From: a virus
Length of the DNA: 64,000 nucleotides
Reading direction: 5' to 3' (one strand)
Virus record (IMG/VR): IMGVR_UViG_3300009149_006183
Location: 1 to 64,000 of that record
Shown: positions 9,600 through 19,016 of the stretch, piece after piece
Layout of the letters: every line of letters starts with the position of its first letter
Position numbering within the stretch: the stretch's first letter is position 1
The notes under the pieces: model-generated
Databases searched by the model: none
What the model was told of the DNA's origin: nothing
The model's input: only the letters and a program-made list of their open reading frames with translations
Made by a program: the position numbers and the translations under genes

Positions 9600-10272
9600 A
9601 ATTAATTTTATCGAAAACTTTAATTTGTCCCCTCAAGCTACAATCGAAAATATCGCACTTTTTATACTCTGCAAATTTTTTAAGAGCGACATATGCTTCT
9701 TGATTTTGCGAGAAAACAAATTGTTGCATAGTCACAGGAGCAATGTGCCCCTTTGTAGTCGGTTGATCTTCTTTTGCGTATCTTTGCCAAAAATGACTTT
9801 TATTATTTATTGTATAATGATCGCAACCTAATAAAAATATTTTTTTACAACCCATTTGAATCGCCAAATCTATTGCAGTTGGAACAGAGCTTACAAAAGA
9901 TAATTTATCTTCTTTAAAATCTATTTTACTACTTGAAAGTCTAGGAGAAAATACTAAAAAATCTTTAGGAATTTCATTATAATATTTTTTCCAAGAGTCT
10001 CGAATAATCCTAGTAGATTTACATCTCTTAACCTGCTCCCAATATGTCCACAATCTAACGGCAGAATCATTAGATATCCAATATCTATTCTCAACGCTAC
10101 CGTCATTCCAGGGCATAGCTATAATACTCGAATTTACTGATACGACGACGTTATCGAATATATTATTAAAATATTTCGAGTTTATTATATCAAAAAAACT
10201 CAAACCGGCACCGCAAATAAAACAAGAACCGCCAATATGTTTATCTTTTAATATATTATAGTATTTTAACAT
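9559..10272 (-). CDS. Maf/DUF115-like putative nonulosonate transferase (paralogue)
   Basis: CFICGAGLS, VVSVN, AIDLAIQMGCKKIFLLGCDH. Confidence 0.75.
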   Translation of the reverse strand: MLKYYNILKDKHIGGSCFICGAGLSFFDIINSKYFNNIFDNVVVSVNSSIIAMPWNDGSVENRYWISNDSAVRLWTYWEQVKRCKSTRIIRDSWKKYYNEIPKDFLVFSPRLSSSKIDFKEDKLSFVSSVPTAIDLAIQMGCKKIFLLGCDHYTINNKSHFWQRYAKEDQPTTKGHIAPVTMQQFVFSQNQEAYVALKKFAEYKKCDIFDCSLRGQIKVFDKINFEGIFNENVGSGG

Positions 10273-10273
10273 G

Positions 10274-10750
10274 TTATTCTAAATCTATGATTTCTCCCAA
10301 ATCCGACTCATTTAATTTTTTAGCTTTTTCGTTAATAATAGCGTTAGTGCAGATCTTTAAGTCCAAAGGATTAAACTTAATAAAAAAAAGATATTTATGT
10401 TCATTCTTATTATAAACTATTCTTTTTATTTTGCAATCTATAGTATCTTCATTTATATGTAATTTACCTTTTAGTTCACACTCCATTGGAGACAACTCTA
10501 TTGCTGTTTTATAATTAAAAATAGATAAATATTGTTGTATAGTTAGTGGGACATATATAGCAATTAAAGCAGAACGAGGTAATGATATATTTATATAAGA
10601 TATATCATCAATCAAAATTGTATGACCTTCAATAGAGACATAATCTTTGTTGGACGGGATACAGCACCTTAATATGTTATTACTATCTAACATATGAAAA
10701 TCCAGTCTTAAACACTGCATCTTCTTTAGCCTTAAGTAGCCCAGATTCAA
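10274..10750 (-). CDS. Hypothetical protein
   Basis: ORF fills the gap between uvrD and the Maf gene; probable start is MLDSNN near 10693. Confidence 0.55.
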   Translation of the reverse strand: MNLGYLRLKKMQCLRLDFHMLDSNNILRCCIPSNKDYVSIEGHTILIDDISYINISLPRSALIAIYVPLTIQQYLSIFNYKTAIELSPMECELKGKLHINEDTIDCKIKRIVYNKNEHKYLFFIKFNPLDLKICTNAIINEKAKKLNESDLGEIIDLE

Positions 10751-12635
10751 AAAGAAACTGACTAGGATATGCCGGCTTATGTCTTAACTCTCGCTGTTTG
10801 TCTCTATACTTCCTATTTTGGCAATACGATAAATGAAGATGCTTTTTGGCCCTTGTCATCCCGACATAGCATAGTCTAGTTTCCTCTTCCAGTGCTTCTT
10901 TCGCCGCCGATGGGTTTGCGGCCCCTGTAATCGGCCACACATGAGGTAAAATCCCATGTTCTACCCCAACCATAAAGACAATAGGGAATTCCAAACCCTT
11001 ACTTGCGTGCAAAGTCATTAATGTCGCACTATTTTTATCATTCTCTTTATCGCTAGAAGCTATTAAAGATATATTTTGTAAATAGGCGTCTATACTCTTG
11101 TTCCCTTTACTGAACTCTGTCGCATTTATGATAAGCTCGCTAACATTATTTTTCCTGTCGAACAATTCACTTTCTTTTTTACAAAATGTATCGAGATGAC
11201 CCATATAGTCAAATTCGTTAACGAGATAAGATAGGCAGTCACCGGCATTTAGTTTTTCTAATTTCTTAGAAAATGTATTAAATATTTTCATAGAACCGTT
11301 CTTTACAGCAGCCCTATTGCTATAATCATCTATATTAGAACAAATATCCAATATAGAAGTGTTATGCTCCTTGCTTTTATTCTCTATCATTCCAATATTT
11401 ATACTGCCCAAACCGGGTATTATTTCAGCGACTCTGTGAAATGCCAAGATATCTTTTTTATTAGTTGCGAATTTTAAAAGAGCCAGGCAGTCTTTAATCT
11501 CTTTCCTATCAAAAAAGTTTTGACCACCTATAACAGTGTATGGGACTCCTGCGTTAGATAATGCTGTTTGTAAATCAAGAGACATTCTATTTAGTCTATA
11601 GAAAATAGCGATATCGGAGAAGTCCCAGCCGTAATTATTAACGTATTCTTTGATTTTAGAAGCTATCTGTTGGGCCTCATATGATGAATCAAAGAACGAA
11701 GAGCAATGAACGGGATCACCACTAGCGTTATCTGTTAAAAACTCATTCTTTAAATGCGTAGTATTATACTTTATAAGATTACTAGCCTTTTCTATTATCT
11801 GAGGAGTAGATCTATAATTTTTGGACAGCATAATCTGCCGACAATTATACTCTTCAATAAAATCTAATATATTTTTATATCTAGCACCACGAAAGCTATA
11901 TATGCTCTGCTCTACGTCCCCGATTAAGACTATATTAGCGTCTTTGCCGCCAAGAAGCTTGACCATCTTAAATTGTGCATAATTGGTGTCTTGAACTTCA
12001 TCTACCTGGATATATTTAAAATACCCTCTCAACTGATCTAATACTTTTTCATTACTTTCAAGCAGTCCAACGGTGTTATATAATAACCCTGTAAAATCGC
12101 AGGAATTATTTTCTGATAGTTGTTTTAAATACTCCTCCTCTATCTCTCTATATATAGAGTTCTCCGTATCGTCTAATATCTCTTCTGTGGTCATCAGAAG
12201 CTCCCTGGAGCGATTAAGATGGTCCACAATGCGAGATACGTCAATACTATTTTTTGTTTTGCTGTATGCTAGTTGTTTAATAATTTTTGAAATGTAGTCT
12301 TTCTGGTCAGAGTCATCCAGTATAGACATAGAATGATTATAACCTAATGTTCCTCCGAATACGCGTAACAAATTAGCACATAATGCGTGAAATGTCCCCA
12401 CAAACATTTTAGTATTATCATTACCGAGTCTACTAAATATTCTATTTCGCATTTCCTTAGCAGCCTTATTCGTGAATGTTATACTAAGAATACTACTAGG
12501 GGCGACACCGGATTCTATTAATTTAATAGTTCTTTCTACTAGCATAGTAGTCTTACCGGAGCCAGGAACGGAAGTTACAAGACATGGACCGTCAAGATGA
12601 TTAACGGCTTCGATTTGCTGCTCATTTAATTGCAT
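10683..12635 (-). CDS. uvrD: UvrD/PcrA SF1 helicase
   Basis: LNEQQ, PGSGKT, TFTNKAA, VDEVQD, GDVEQSIYSFRGA, NYRS, TLHASKGLEF, EETRLCYVGMTRA. Confidence 0.96.
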   Translation of the reverse strand: MQLNEQQIEAVNHLDGPCLVTSVPGSGKTTMLVERTIKLIESGVAPSSILSITFTNKAAKEMRNRIFSRLGNDNTKMFVGTFHALCANLLRVFGGTLGYNHSMSILDDSDQKDYISKIIKQLAYSKTKNSIDVSRIVDHLNRSRELLMTTEEILDDTENSIYREIEEEYLKQLSENNSCDFTGLLYNTVGLLESNEKVLDQLRGYFKYIQVDEVQDTNYAQFKMVKLLGGKDANIVLIGDVEQSIYSFRGARYKNILDFIEEYNCRQIMLSKNYRSTPQIIEKASNLIKYNTTHLKNEFLTDNASGDPVHCSSFFDSSYEAQQIASKIKEYVNNYGWDFSDIAIFYRLNRMSLDLQTALSNAGVPYTVIGGQNFFDRKEIKDCLALLKFATNKKDILAFHRVAEIIPGLGSINIGMIENKSKEHNTSILDICSNIDDYSNRAAVKNGSMKIFNTFSKKLEKLNAGDCLSYLVNEFDYMGHLDTFCKKESELFDRKNNVSELIINATEFSKGNKSIDAYLQNISLIASSDKENDKNSATLMTLHASKGLEFPIVFMVGVEHGILPHVWPITGAANPSAAKEALEEETRLCYVGMTRAKKHLHLSYCQNRKYRDKQRELRHKPAYPSQFLFESGLLKAKEDAVFKTGFSYVR

Positions 12636-12649
12636 TTTTTCTCCATCGT

Positions 12650-12907
12650 TTAATTGTGTAGGTATTCTTCAATATCTTCGAGAAAAAATACGCCACATCG
12701 TTCAAAAATTAGAGTATTACTATCATCATAAATTTTGATATGAGGAATCTCATCGATATTATGTTTATCGCAAAAATCTTGAGTGTCATCTTCTAGGGCA
12801 TCAATATAAATAAAATTATGTTTGTGCAAAAACCTAGATTTATTTAATTCATTATAGGAGATGGCACAATTCACACAATCTGGACTTGCAAAAAATAAAA
12901 TTTCCAT
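12650..12907 (-). CDS. Thioredoxin/glutaredoxin-like protein
   Basis: FASPDCVNC (CxxC) and IDEIPH cis-Pro motif in 85 aa. Confidence 0.75.
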   Translation of the reverse strand: MEILFFASPDCVNCAISYNELNKSRFLHKHNFIYIDALEDDTQDFCDKHNIDEIPHIKIYDDSNTLIFERCGVFFLEDIEEYLHN

Positions 12908-12910
12908 TAT

Positions 12911-13615
12911 TTAGACCATTTGACGTAAACTAAAAAATCCACTTTCAAAATCATCTGGACGTTCAGCAATCAATCCGTAAGTATGGGAGATACTCGATAT
13001 TGTATTAAAAATCTCATTTATGTCTTCTTCTGAAAAAGATTCAGCATTCTGACTTTTCCACACACCAACAAAATAAAATTTTTCGGCCAAAGATGTGTCA
13101 TTTCTTTTGATGATTTGTATACGGCAATTATTAGCTTCTAATTGACGATTGACATGTTCAACCAGTTTCATCCTTAGACTATCGATATTTCCATCATATA
13201 TATTTTGAGCAACCCTACTAAATGGATAATCATTAATTTTATTATTGATAGAGGACAGCACATCTTCTTGACCTTCGGCCTTTTTAATATCATCAGGGAT
13301 ATTGTTCTCGTCACCACATATTAATAAAAACTTCTCTTTTCCCTTAAAGGCTTCACAAGCCTGCAATATAAGATCGTCATTAAAGATAAAATCAAATCCT
13401 AGAAGATATCCTAACTCTTCGCCGGGGATAGCTAGGACTAGCTGCTTCCCAGTATCGAATTCTACTTTCCACTCTACTAAATTATTTACTTTAGTATAGT
13501 TAGTATCTAAAATTTTTACCTTCTTAGGTATTGCCTTGGGGATTGCATTTGCAGTTAGGGTTTTCTCCTCCGGGACATTCTCCTCCGCATGAGCATTTGT
13601 GTTTTGATTTTCCAT
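12911..13615 (-). CDS. Hypothetical protein
   Basis: 234-aa ORF with AAGGA upstream of ATG; no recognised motif. Confidence 0.65.
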   Translation of the reverse strand: MENQNTNAHAEENVPEEKTLTANAIPKAIPKKVKILDTNYTKVNNLVEWKVEFDTGKQLVLAIPGEELGYLLGFDFIFNDDLILQACEAFKGKEKFLLICGDENNIPDDIKKAEGQEDVLSSINNKINDYPFSRVAQNIYDGNIDSLRMKLVEHVNRQLEANNCRIQIIKRNDTSLAEKFYFVGVWKSQNAESFSEEDINEIFNTISSISHTYGLIAERPDDFESGFFSLRQMV

Positions 13616-14411
13616 GATCTGTATCCTTCATTTTATTTACTATATGCTGTTTAAGCTCTTTCATTAAAAATTGTATAGCCTCTTCTTTATCTTTACTATC
13701 TCCATTGAGTCTAACTTGTGTCAAATCCATTAATGTCTGAGGATGAAAAACATGTAATAGAATATGATCATGATATGTCCTGTATGACCCGTCTGGACCA
13801 TCATTTATGCTATCCTCGGGAACGAATTCGGCCTCTATTTTTGATAGCATACCCCACCATCGGCCGGTGTCTTTTGTTGTTATTGGCTCTCCATCTTCTA
13901 TTTTTACCAAAGAACACTGGTCTCGCAAGACAACTAAAGGATCGTTTTTATAATGCTGTCTTAATGCGTGTATTTTAGGATTAAATTCTTCTGGTGGGAC
14001 GATCCCATATGTCCTACAGTTATAGGGTCTAGTAAGATGCTGACCGCATGTCCTTTTTTCTCGATCAAAGAAGACACAACCTTTAGTAACACTAGATGTT
14101 AAATAATTTTGCAACGACTTTTCTACTACAGATAGGACATCATTCGTGTCCCAGAATCGCAGAACGTATCTCCAAGTATTCAAAAACTCACAATATAGAA
14201 CCTGCGGGGTTTGAAATCTACAGCACCAGGCGGCACACCCATTTTCCTTATTTATATTGTCTAAACATCCTGTTGTCTTTGGGATTTTGCTATAGACACT
14301 AACTATCTTGTTGACAACCTTTCCGATACGAATATCGGTCAAGACATCTCTAATTAGTTGATAACCTTTAGGTCGTTTTTTAATATTTTCTTTTTTATTT
14401 TTATGTCTCAC
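13524..14411 (-). CDS. YkgJ-family cysteine-cluster (Fe-S/Zn) protein
   Basis: CAAWCC, CVFFD...C..HLTRPYNCRTYG. Confidence 0.8.
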   Translation of the reverse strand: MRHKNKKENIKKRPKGYQLIRDVLTDIRIGKVVNKIVSVYSKIPKTTGCLDNINKENGCAAWCCRFQTPQVLYCEFLNTWRYVLRFWDTNDVLSVVEKSLQNYLTSSVTKGCVFFDREKRTCGQHLTRPYNCRTYGIVPPEEFNPKIHALRQHYKNDPLVVLRDQCSLVKIEDGEPITTKDTGRWWGMLSKIEAEFVPEDSINDGPDGSYRTYHDHILLHVFHPQTLMDLTQVRLNGDSKDKEEAIQFLMKELKQHIVNKMKDTDHGKSKHKCSCGGECPGGENPNCKCNPQGNT

Positions 14412-15025
14412 TAAATATCTACTTCCTTATTTTCAAGACTATCATAATTGTCCAAATCTTCTGGGGTATCATCGTATTCATATTCTTCTATCTTATTAGT
14501 ACTCTTTTTATCAAACGTTATCATCAAACTGGTATCTTCTTTTTCTTTATTAACCAGTTTAGAGATAGCGTCTGAAGATGACAAAGAGTCTAATATTCTA
14601 TTTAACGCCTTTTTCACGATAGACTGTTTTTGCACGACTACTTCTGAAAACTCATCAGCACTTAATTCTTCCTTTAGAACTTCAATTAAAGAACCCTCAT
14701 CCAAAATATTCCATTTACCGCTATTTGTTTTGGAAGTCACTTTCCCAACACCTGGAAAATTTAGAGCCTTATGGTCGAATGCTTCTAAAGTTTTTGATAT
14801 AACGCCTTTGAATTTATCTTTTTTAGATAAAAGCTTCTCTATCTCTTCAGATATCGCTTTAGTTCTTTCTTTTTTAAGCCTTTCTAAAAAAGAAATCTTG
14901 CCGTCTATATCTTTTATAACTAATATAAGATCTTCTATTTCTATATCCGATTCCAGAGGTTCTACGTCTTCCGATTGAAGAATATCAAATATCTTTTTCT
15001 TATTTATAATCATTTCTATCTCCAA
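14411..15025 (-). CDS. Coiled-coil protein resembling Gam-like / Gp157-like DNA end-protection proteins
   Basis: Heptad-rich helix followed by FPGVGKV and K-x-x-LN pattern; recombination neighbourhood. Probable start is the ATG near 15013 after GGAG. Confidence 0.5.
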   Translation of the reverse strand: MEIEMIINKKKIFDILQSEDVEPLESDIEIEDLILVIKDIDGKISFLERLKKERTKAISEEIEKLLSKKDKFKGVISKTLEAFDHKALNFPGVGKVTSKTNSGKWNILDEGSLIEVLKEELSADEFSEVVVQKQSIVKKALNRILDSLSSSDAISKLVNKEKEDTSLMITFDKKSTNKIEEYEYDDTPEDLDNYDSLENKEVDI

Positions 15026-15043
15026 CTACGTCTATAATAAGAA

Positions 15044-15394
15044 TTATTCACTTTCTTCGGGAGCCAAACACATTACATTTAAAACGATAGCTGTCCTATC
15101 TAAATCCCCATCAAATGAAACAGAAGTAAAACTAGGAGAGATAACAAGATCTAACCCGCTTTCGCTCCTGGCTACAGCTACAGATTTAATCCCATTATTG
15201 ATAGATGCTGCACCGACACAACGCAAATTCGCCTTATTATGCTTCTGATAAACAACCAACACTGCCTTGGCTAAATTTTTTACATAGTTTTTAGCGGCAA
15301 GCTTGTCATCGAAATAGCCCTTTACAGCTAAAAATGTTGGGTCGTCTGAATCAACAAAACTCTTCTTCTTATTCCCGTCGTTTGTTTCTAACAT
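15044..15394 (-). CDS. spoVS: Stage V sporulation protein S (Alba-like fold)
   Basis: CVGAASINNGIKSVAVAR...DLVISPSFTSVSFDGDLDRTAI aligns by eye to SpoVS (AIGAGALNQAVKAVAIAR...DLICIPAFTDIQIDGEERTAI). Confidence 0.88.
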   Translation of the reverse strand: MLETNDGNKKKSFVDSDDPTFLAVKGYFDDKLAAKNYVKNLAKAVLVVYQKHNKANLRCVGAASINNGIKSVAVARSESGLDLVISPSFTSVSFDGDLDRTAIVLNVMCLAPEESE

Positions 15395-15450
15395 ATTCTT
15401 TCTCCTAAATAATTAAAACTACAACTTATTACAACTTCTATCGGAAATTT

Positions 15451-16479
15451 TTATAATAAAGTTCCATAAAAGTTTTTTCTTTTCGTGTGCAAATTCTGGT
15501 CGTCCCATATTTTAGAGCTATGGCAGATATCTTTGAATGGACAATGAGAACACTCATAATCATCTTTTTCCGCCGGTCGTGGCGGTGGCAATAGCTTTAA
15601 ATCGGTCATATTATTCATCGTCTCAACTTGCTGTTTAATTTGGCTGAATATTAGATCAGTATCTTTATCTATTTTATAAGCAGCGAGAGCGGAAGTATTT
15701 TTATTTTCATATATTAAAACACCATAATCTAAATCTAGTATATTAGCATAAATAACCAATTGTATTCTATAATCAAGACCTGGGCCTTTTCTCATTAACT
15801 GCTGAAATCTGTAATCATTTGCTGTTTTCATATCAACGACAACTGGAGTCGCTGGAAGATGATCGATATTAAAAGCTAAAGATGTTCCTCCAAATCGTTC
15901 TTTATTAAAATTAGAAAAATCTAATATCATATCAGCGTGACCGTATAAGTTTAGATCTACATCTCTAACGGCTACCTCTTGGTATTTAAAATCTTTATTC
16001 CCACAATGGCAAACCTTTGGCTTAAAACAACCGATCTTATCATCTATTCCATACCTCCGAGGTTTGTCTATTTTCGAAATATCAAAATCATGGGCTGTGT
16101 TAGATTTTAAAGCCGGGGATGAAGAAGATATGTCACGGTCTAGAAAGAGTTCGCACATTGGATTTGTGCATTCCCAGATGCCCCTTAAGACGCCTATCTC
16201 TTCGAAATAGACAGTCCAACGCTCATGCATATTATGTCCCTTGTCAAATAGCCGTACAAGCTTACTCTCTATTTCTGTAGATTTAGATTTTAGAAAACCT
16301 CTTTCCTCATACCTTAGATACTGCATAAGCCTAAGACATTTACCGAAAGCCGATGGGTGATATTTTTCGTATCCTCTTGGTCCACCATTAGTGTGTTTCC
16401 ATCTAGCATAAGTATCTACAACACCCGTTATCGCACTTATTTCTGGGGGAACAACAAAAAAACTATCATTAGAAGCCAC
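15451..16479 (-). CDS. Cas4-like / PD-(D/E)XK exonuclease with Fe-S cysteines and inserted Zn ribbon
   Basis: HPSAFGKC, GHNMH, GHAD, VDMKT, QLVIY, CSHCPFKDIC; additional CTNPMC/CHC pair. Confidence 0.85.
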   Translation of the reverse strand: MASNDSFFVVPPEISAITGVVDTYARWKHTNGGPRGYEKYHPSAFGKCLRLMQYLRYEERGFLKSKSTEIESKLVRLFDKGHNMHERWTVYFEEIGVLRGIWECTNPMCELFLDRDISSSSPALKSNTAHDFDISKIDKPRRYGIDDKIGCFKPKVCHCGNKDFKYQEVAVRDVDLNLYGHADMILDFSNFNKERFGGTSLAFNIDHLPATPVVVDMKTANDYRFQQLMRKGPGLDYRIQLVIYANILDLDYGVLIYENKNTSALAAYKIDKDTDLIFSQIKQQVETMNNMTDLKLLPPPRPAEKDDYECSHCPFKDICHSSKIWDDQNLHTKRKNFYGTLL

Positions 16480-17239
16480 TGTACGTCTCCTTTATTTTAT
16501 CTTCATTATCTTTTCTACTCTTACGCAACAAATCAATAAACGAATCAGTTCCATTTTTATAGATGAACACATCAGGATCTGTTTTCTCCGGCAAATAAAC
16601 TGGAATTATAGAAATATTATAATATGGTAAAGCATTAATCTTTTTAGCCAAACCATTATCAATCATTTTTTTAGTTGCTGTCGAACCAGCGACATCTCCG
16701 TCTAAAACTATAAAAATTTCTCTGCAATAACGACACAACATAGCAATATGACTTAAACCCAAAGCACTTCCTAAAACTCCTACTGTAAAATTAAAACCTT
16801 TAAAATGTAGATATTGAACATCAAATTCGCCTTCCACAATTATAGCCATTCTATGCTTAATTATATTCTTTTTAGCAACATTCAAGCCATATAATATGTT
16901 CCTTTTTATAAAGCTCTCATGAAAAAATTTAATTTTCGCATTTGGTCTAAAATCTCTAGAGGATAGAGCCACCAATTCATTATACGCATCATAGACTGGC
17001 ATAATAAGCCTACCAGCAAATTCGTGGACATCGCCATTAACGTTAAGAACATTATGAGGGATATATCCAATTTTAAACTGATCTATTGACATTTTTACGA
17101 ACATGTCATCAAAATGTCGTTGATCAGATTTTAAGTACTCAATAGCATCTCTACCATCATCCGATAAGATGCATTGATTAGCAAGCTCGACAAGCTTACT
17201 CCTCTCGATCTCCGGAATCTTCATCCTCATGTTCGTCAT
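16469..17239 (-). CDS. dnaG: DnaG primase catalytic core (TOPRIM), lacking zinc-binding domain
   Basis: FAGRLIMPV, LYGL, IIVEGEFDV, LDGDVAG, DPD; no CHC2 finger. Confidence 0.9.
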   Translation of the reverse strand: MTNMRMKIPEIERSKLVELANQCILSDDGRDAIEYLKSDQRHFDDMFVKMSIDQFKIGYIPHNVLNVNGDVHEFAGRLIMPVYDAYNELVALSSRDFRPNAKIKFFHESFIKRNILYGLNVAKKNIIKHRMAIIVEGEFDVQYLHFKGFNFTVGVLGSALGLSHIAMLCRYCREIFIVLDGDVAGSTATKKMIDNGLAKKINALPYYNISIIPVYLPEKTDPDVFIYKNGTDSFIDLLRKSRKDNEDKIKETYSGF

Positions 17240-18386
17240 AGTTTTCCTCTAAATTTGTTATTTCATCTTCTGCAGCGTTATAGCATTTTGTTATTTCGGG
17301 CGGAAGAAAACTGTTAGTCTCTGCTGCCTTTTTAACTAAGTCTTTATAAAGAGATTCTCCCAAGCCTCCATTTTTAATCATATCTGTAAATGCTTTTTTA
17401 CCTTCAGCATTATGCCCTTCCCATTTAAAAACTCCCTTATAAACAGAAATAACTTTAAGTTGTCTTCCGCAATCGAATAATAAATCCTCTATATCTGGGA
17501 AATAAGGCTCATAATAGATCGGGACATCTATTGAGTCGAATAAAGGCTTTGCAAATCTGTTTTTAATAATTCGTACTATAGAATTACGTCCTACGATAAT
17601 AGACCTACCTTCGCTATCTAATACCTCTATATTAGCCTCTTTAGTATTACGTTTTGTCATCTGTAATCTTAGAGAACAATTATGTTTTAAGGATCTGCCA
17701 CCTGGGCTTGTCTCGGGGCTTCCCCAGAGTACTCCTATTTTTTCTCGAAGTTGGTTAATGAATATGACGCTAGCACCATACTTTGCTGTCGCATTAGCGA
17801 TTTTACCCAGATTCTGACTTAATAATCTAGCCATTACCCCAATTGTCTGTTTTTCTGCACTATTTTCGAAAACAACCTTCGGGACCATATTCGCAACAGA
17901 GTCTAGAACTATTATTTTAATACCAGATTTGCAAAGGTTAGTAATGGCATCTAGAATATCTTCGGCATAATATGTTATCTCTTCATTATCCTTATTGGTC
18001 ATGTCTGCATAATAAATATTATCTTCGTCAGCTCCATTAATCTTTGCTAATCCGCTAGAGAAACTATTCTCAGTGTCTATCCAAGCGACTTTGTGGCCCA
18101 TTTTCTGGGCATAGCCAACAATCCGGTATGCTAAAGAAGATTTTCCGCCGCCCTCTTCTCCAAAAATTTCTATTAGTTTTCCAAGTGGGACACCCAAAGG
18201 AATTGCAGGGTCATACCCTTCAAGATTAGAAAGGTCGGCGTCTTGCGGAAGCATTCCATAATGTATCGCAAAATCCAAATTAAAATGTCCAGTCGGGATA
18301 CTTCCAGGCGAATTCGTCAATGCTCCCAACCTTACAAATCCTTTTAAGTTTTCTAAAACAATATCTTTTTTCTCTTTTTTAGCCAT
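17196..18386 (-). CDS. recA: RecA/UvsX recombinase
   Basis: IPTG, EIFGEEGGGKS, IDTE, VLDSVA, FINQLREKIG, ETSPGGRSLK, KNR. Start moved to ATG 18386 behind AGGAG. Confidence 0.95.
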   Translation of the reverse strand: MAKKEKKDIVLENLKGFVRLGALTNSPGSIPTGHFNLDFAIHYGMLPQDADLSNLEGYDPAIPLGVPLGKLIEIFGEEGGGKSSLAYRIVGYAQKMGHKVAWIDTENSFSSGLAKINGADEDNIYYADMTNKDNEEITYYAEDILDAITNLCKSGIKIIVLDSVANMVPKVVFENSAEKQTIGVMARLLSQNLGKIANATAKYGASVIFINQLREKIGVLWGSPETSPGGRSLKHNCSLRLQMTKRNTKEANIEVLDSEGRSIIVGRNSIVRIIKNRFAKPLFDSIDVPIYYEPYFPDIEDLLFDCGRQLKVISVYKGVFKWEGHNAEGKKAFTDMIKNGGLGESLYKDLVKKAAETNSFLPPEITKCYNAAEDEITNLEENYDEHEDEDSGDREE

Positions 18387-18396
18387 TTTATATCTC

Positions 18397-19005
18397 CTAA
18401 ATGCCAAAAGCCACGCTGTCTAGTTTTACGCCTTCTGCTTTATTCGGGCAGTTATCATGAAGAATGTCTCCGAATAAAACATCTTCGATTTTAGATGGGT
18501 CTGTTGCCTTATATATCTTTTGTAAATTATGTAGCCCCTGTTTTTTAATCAGAGCAACATCCTCGTCCGATAAAGAATGTGGACCCGAGAAAGAAGCGGA
18601 GTATGCCCATCTGCCATTATTTTCGAGAAAAGACATGTTATATTGAGCCCCATTTACAGCCCCAGGATCTTTTCCTGTTTTTTCAAAGAAAATTCTAAGT
18701 TCTCTTGCCACTTTAATTGATGTTTCTAAAATTTTAATTATATTATCTCTACGATCTATAATATTTATCGCATACCTAACTGATGGTAGTATATTATGTT
18801 TCATAGCCACTGGGCAGGAATCTTCGTCTAGACAAACAGCTATTCTCCACCTACCTGCATGATTAAACATATACTTCTTAAATGTATATAGATCACCTAT
18901 TGGCCTAAATTTAGCCTTAGACTCTCCTTTTTGTAATTTAAAGTAGATATTATTGCTAAAAGATGAAGATTTTTGGTCTATATCTGACCATCCTATGAGT
19001 CCCAT
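18397..19005 (-). CDS. gp32-like single-stranded DNA-binding protein
   Basis: YFKL, KFRPIG, CLDEDSCPV, RYAINIIDR, DP..G..Y pattern; directly upstream of recA. Confidence 0.65.
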   Translation of the reverse strand: MGLIGWSDIDQKSSSFSNNIYFKLQKGESKAKFRPIGDLYTFKKYMFNHAGRWRIAVCLDEDSCPVAMKHNILPSVRYAINIIDRRDNIIKILETSIKVARELRIFFEKTGKDPGAVNGAQYNMSFLENNGRWAYSASFSGPHSLSDEDVALIKKQGLHNLQKIYKATDPSKIEDVLFGDILHDNCPNKAEGVKLDSVAFGI

Positions 19006-19016
19006 TGTTTTTCTTT

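Noticed and set aside
15451-16479. CRISPR-Cas system suggested by the Cas4-like nuclease
   Set aside because: No repeat-spacer array and no cas1/cas2 or effector seen; solo Cas4-like nucleases are ordinary phage recombination genes.
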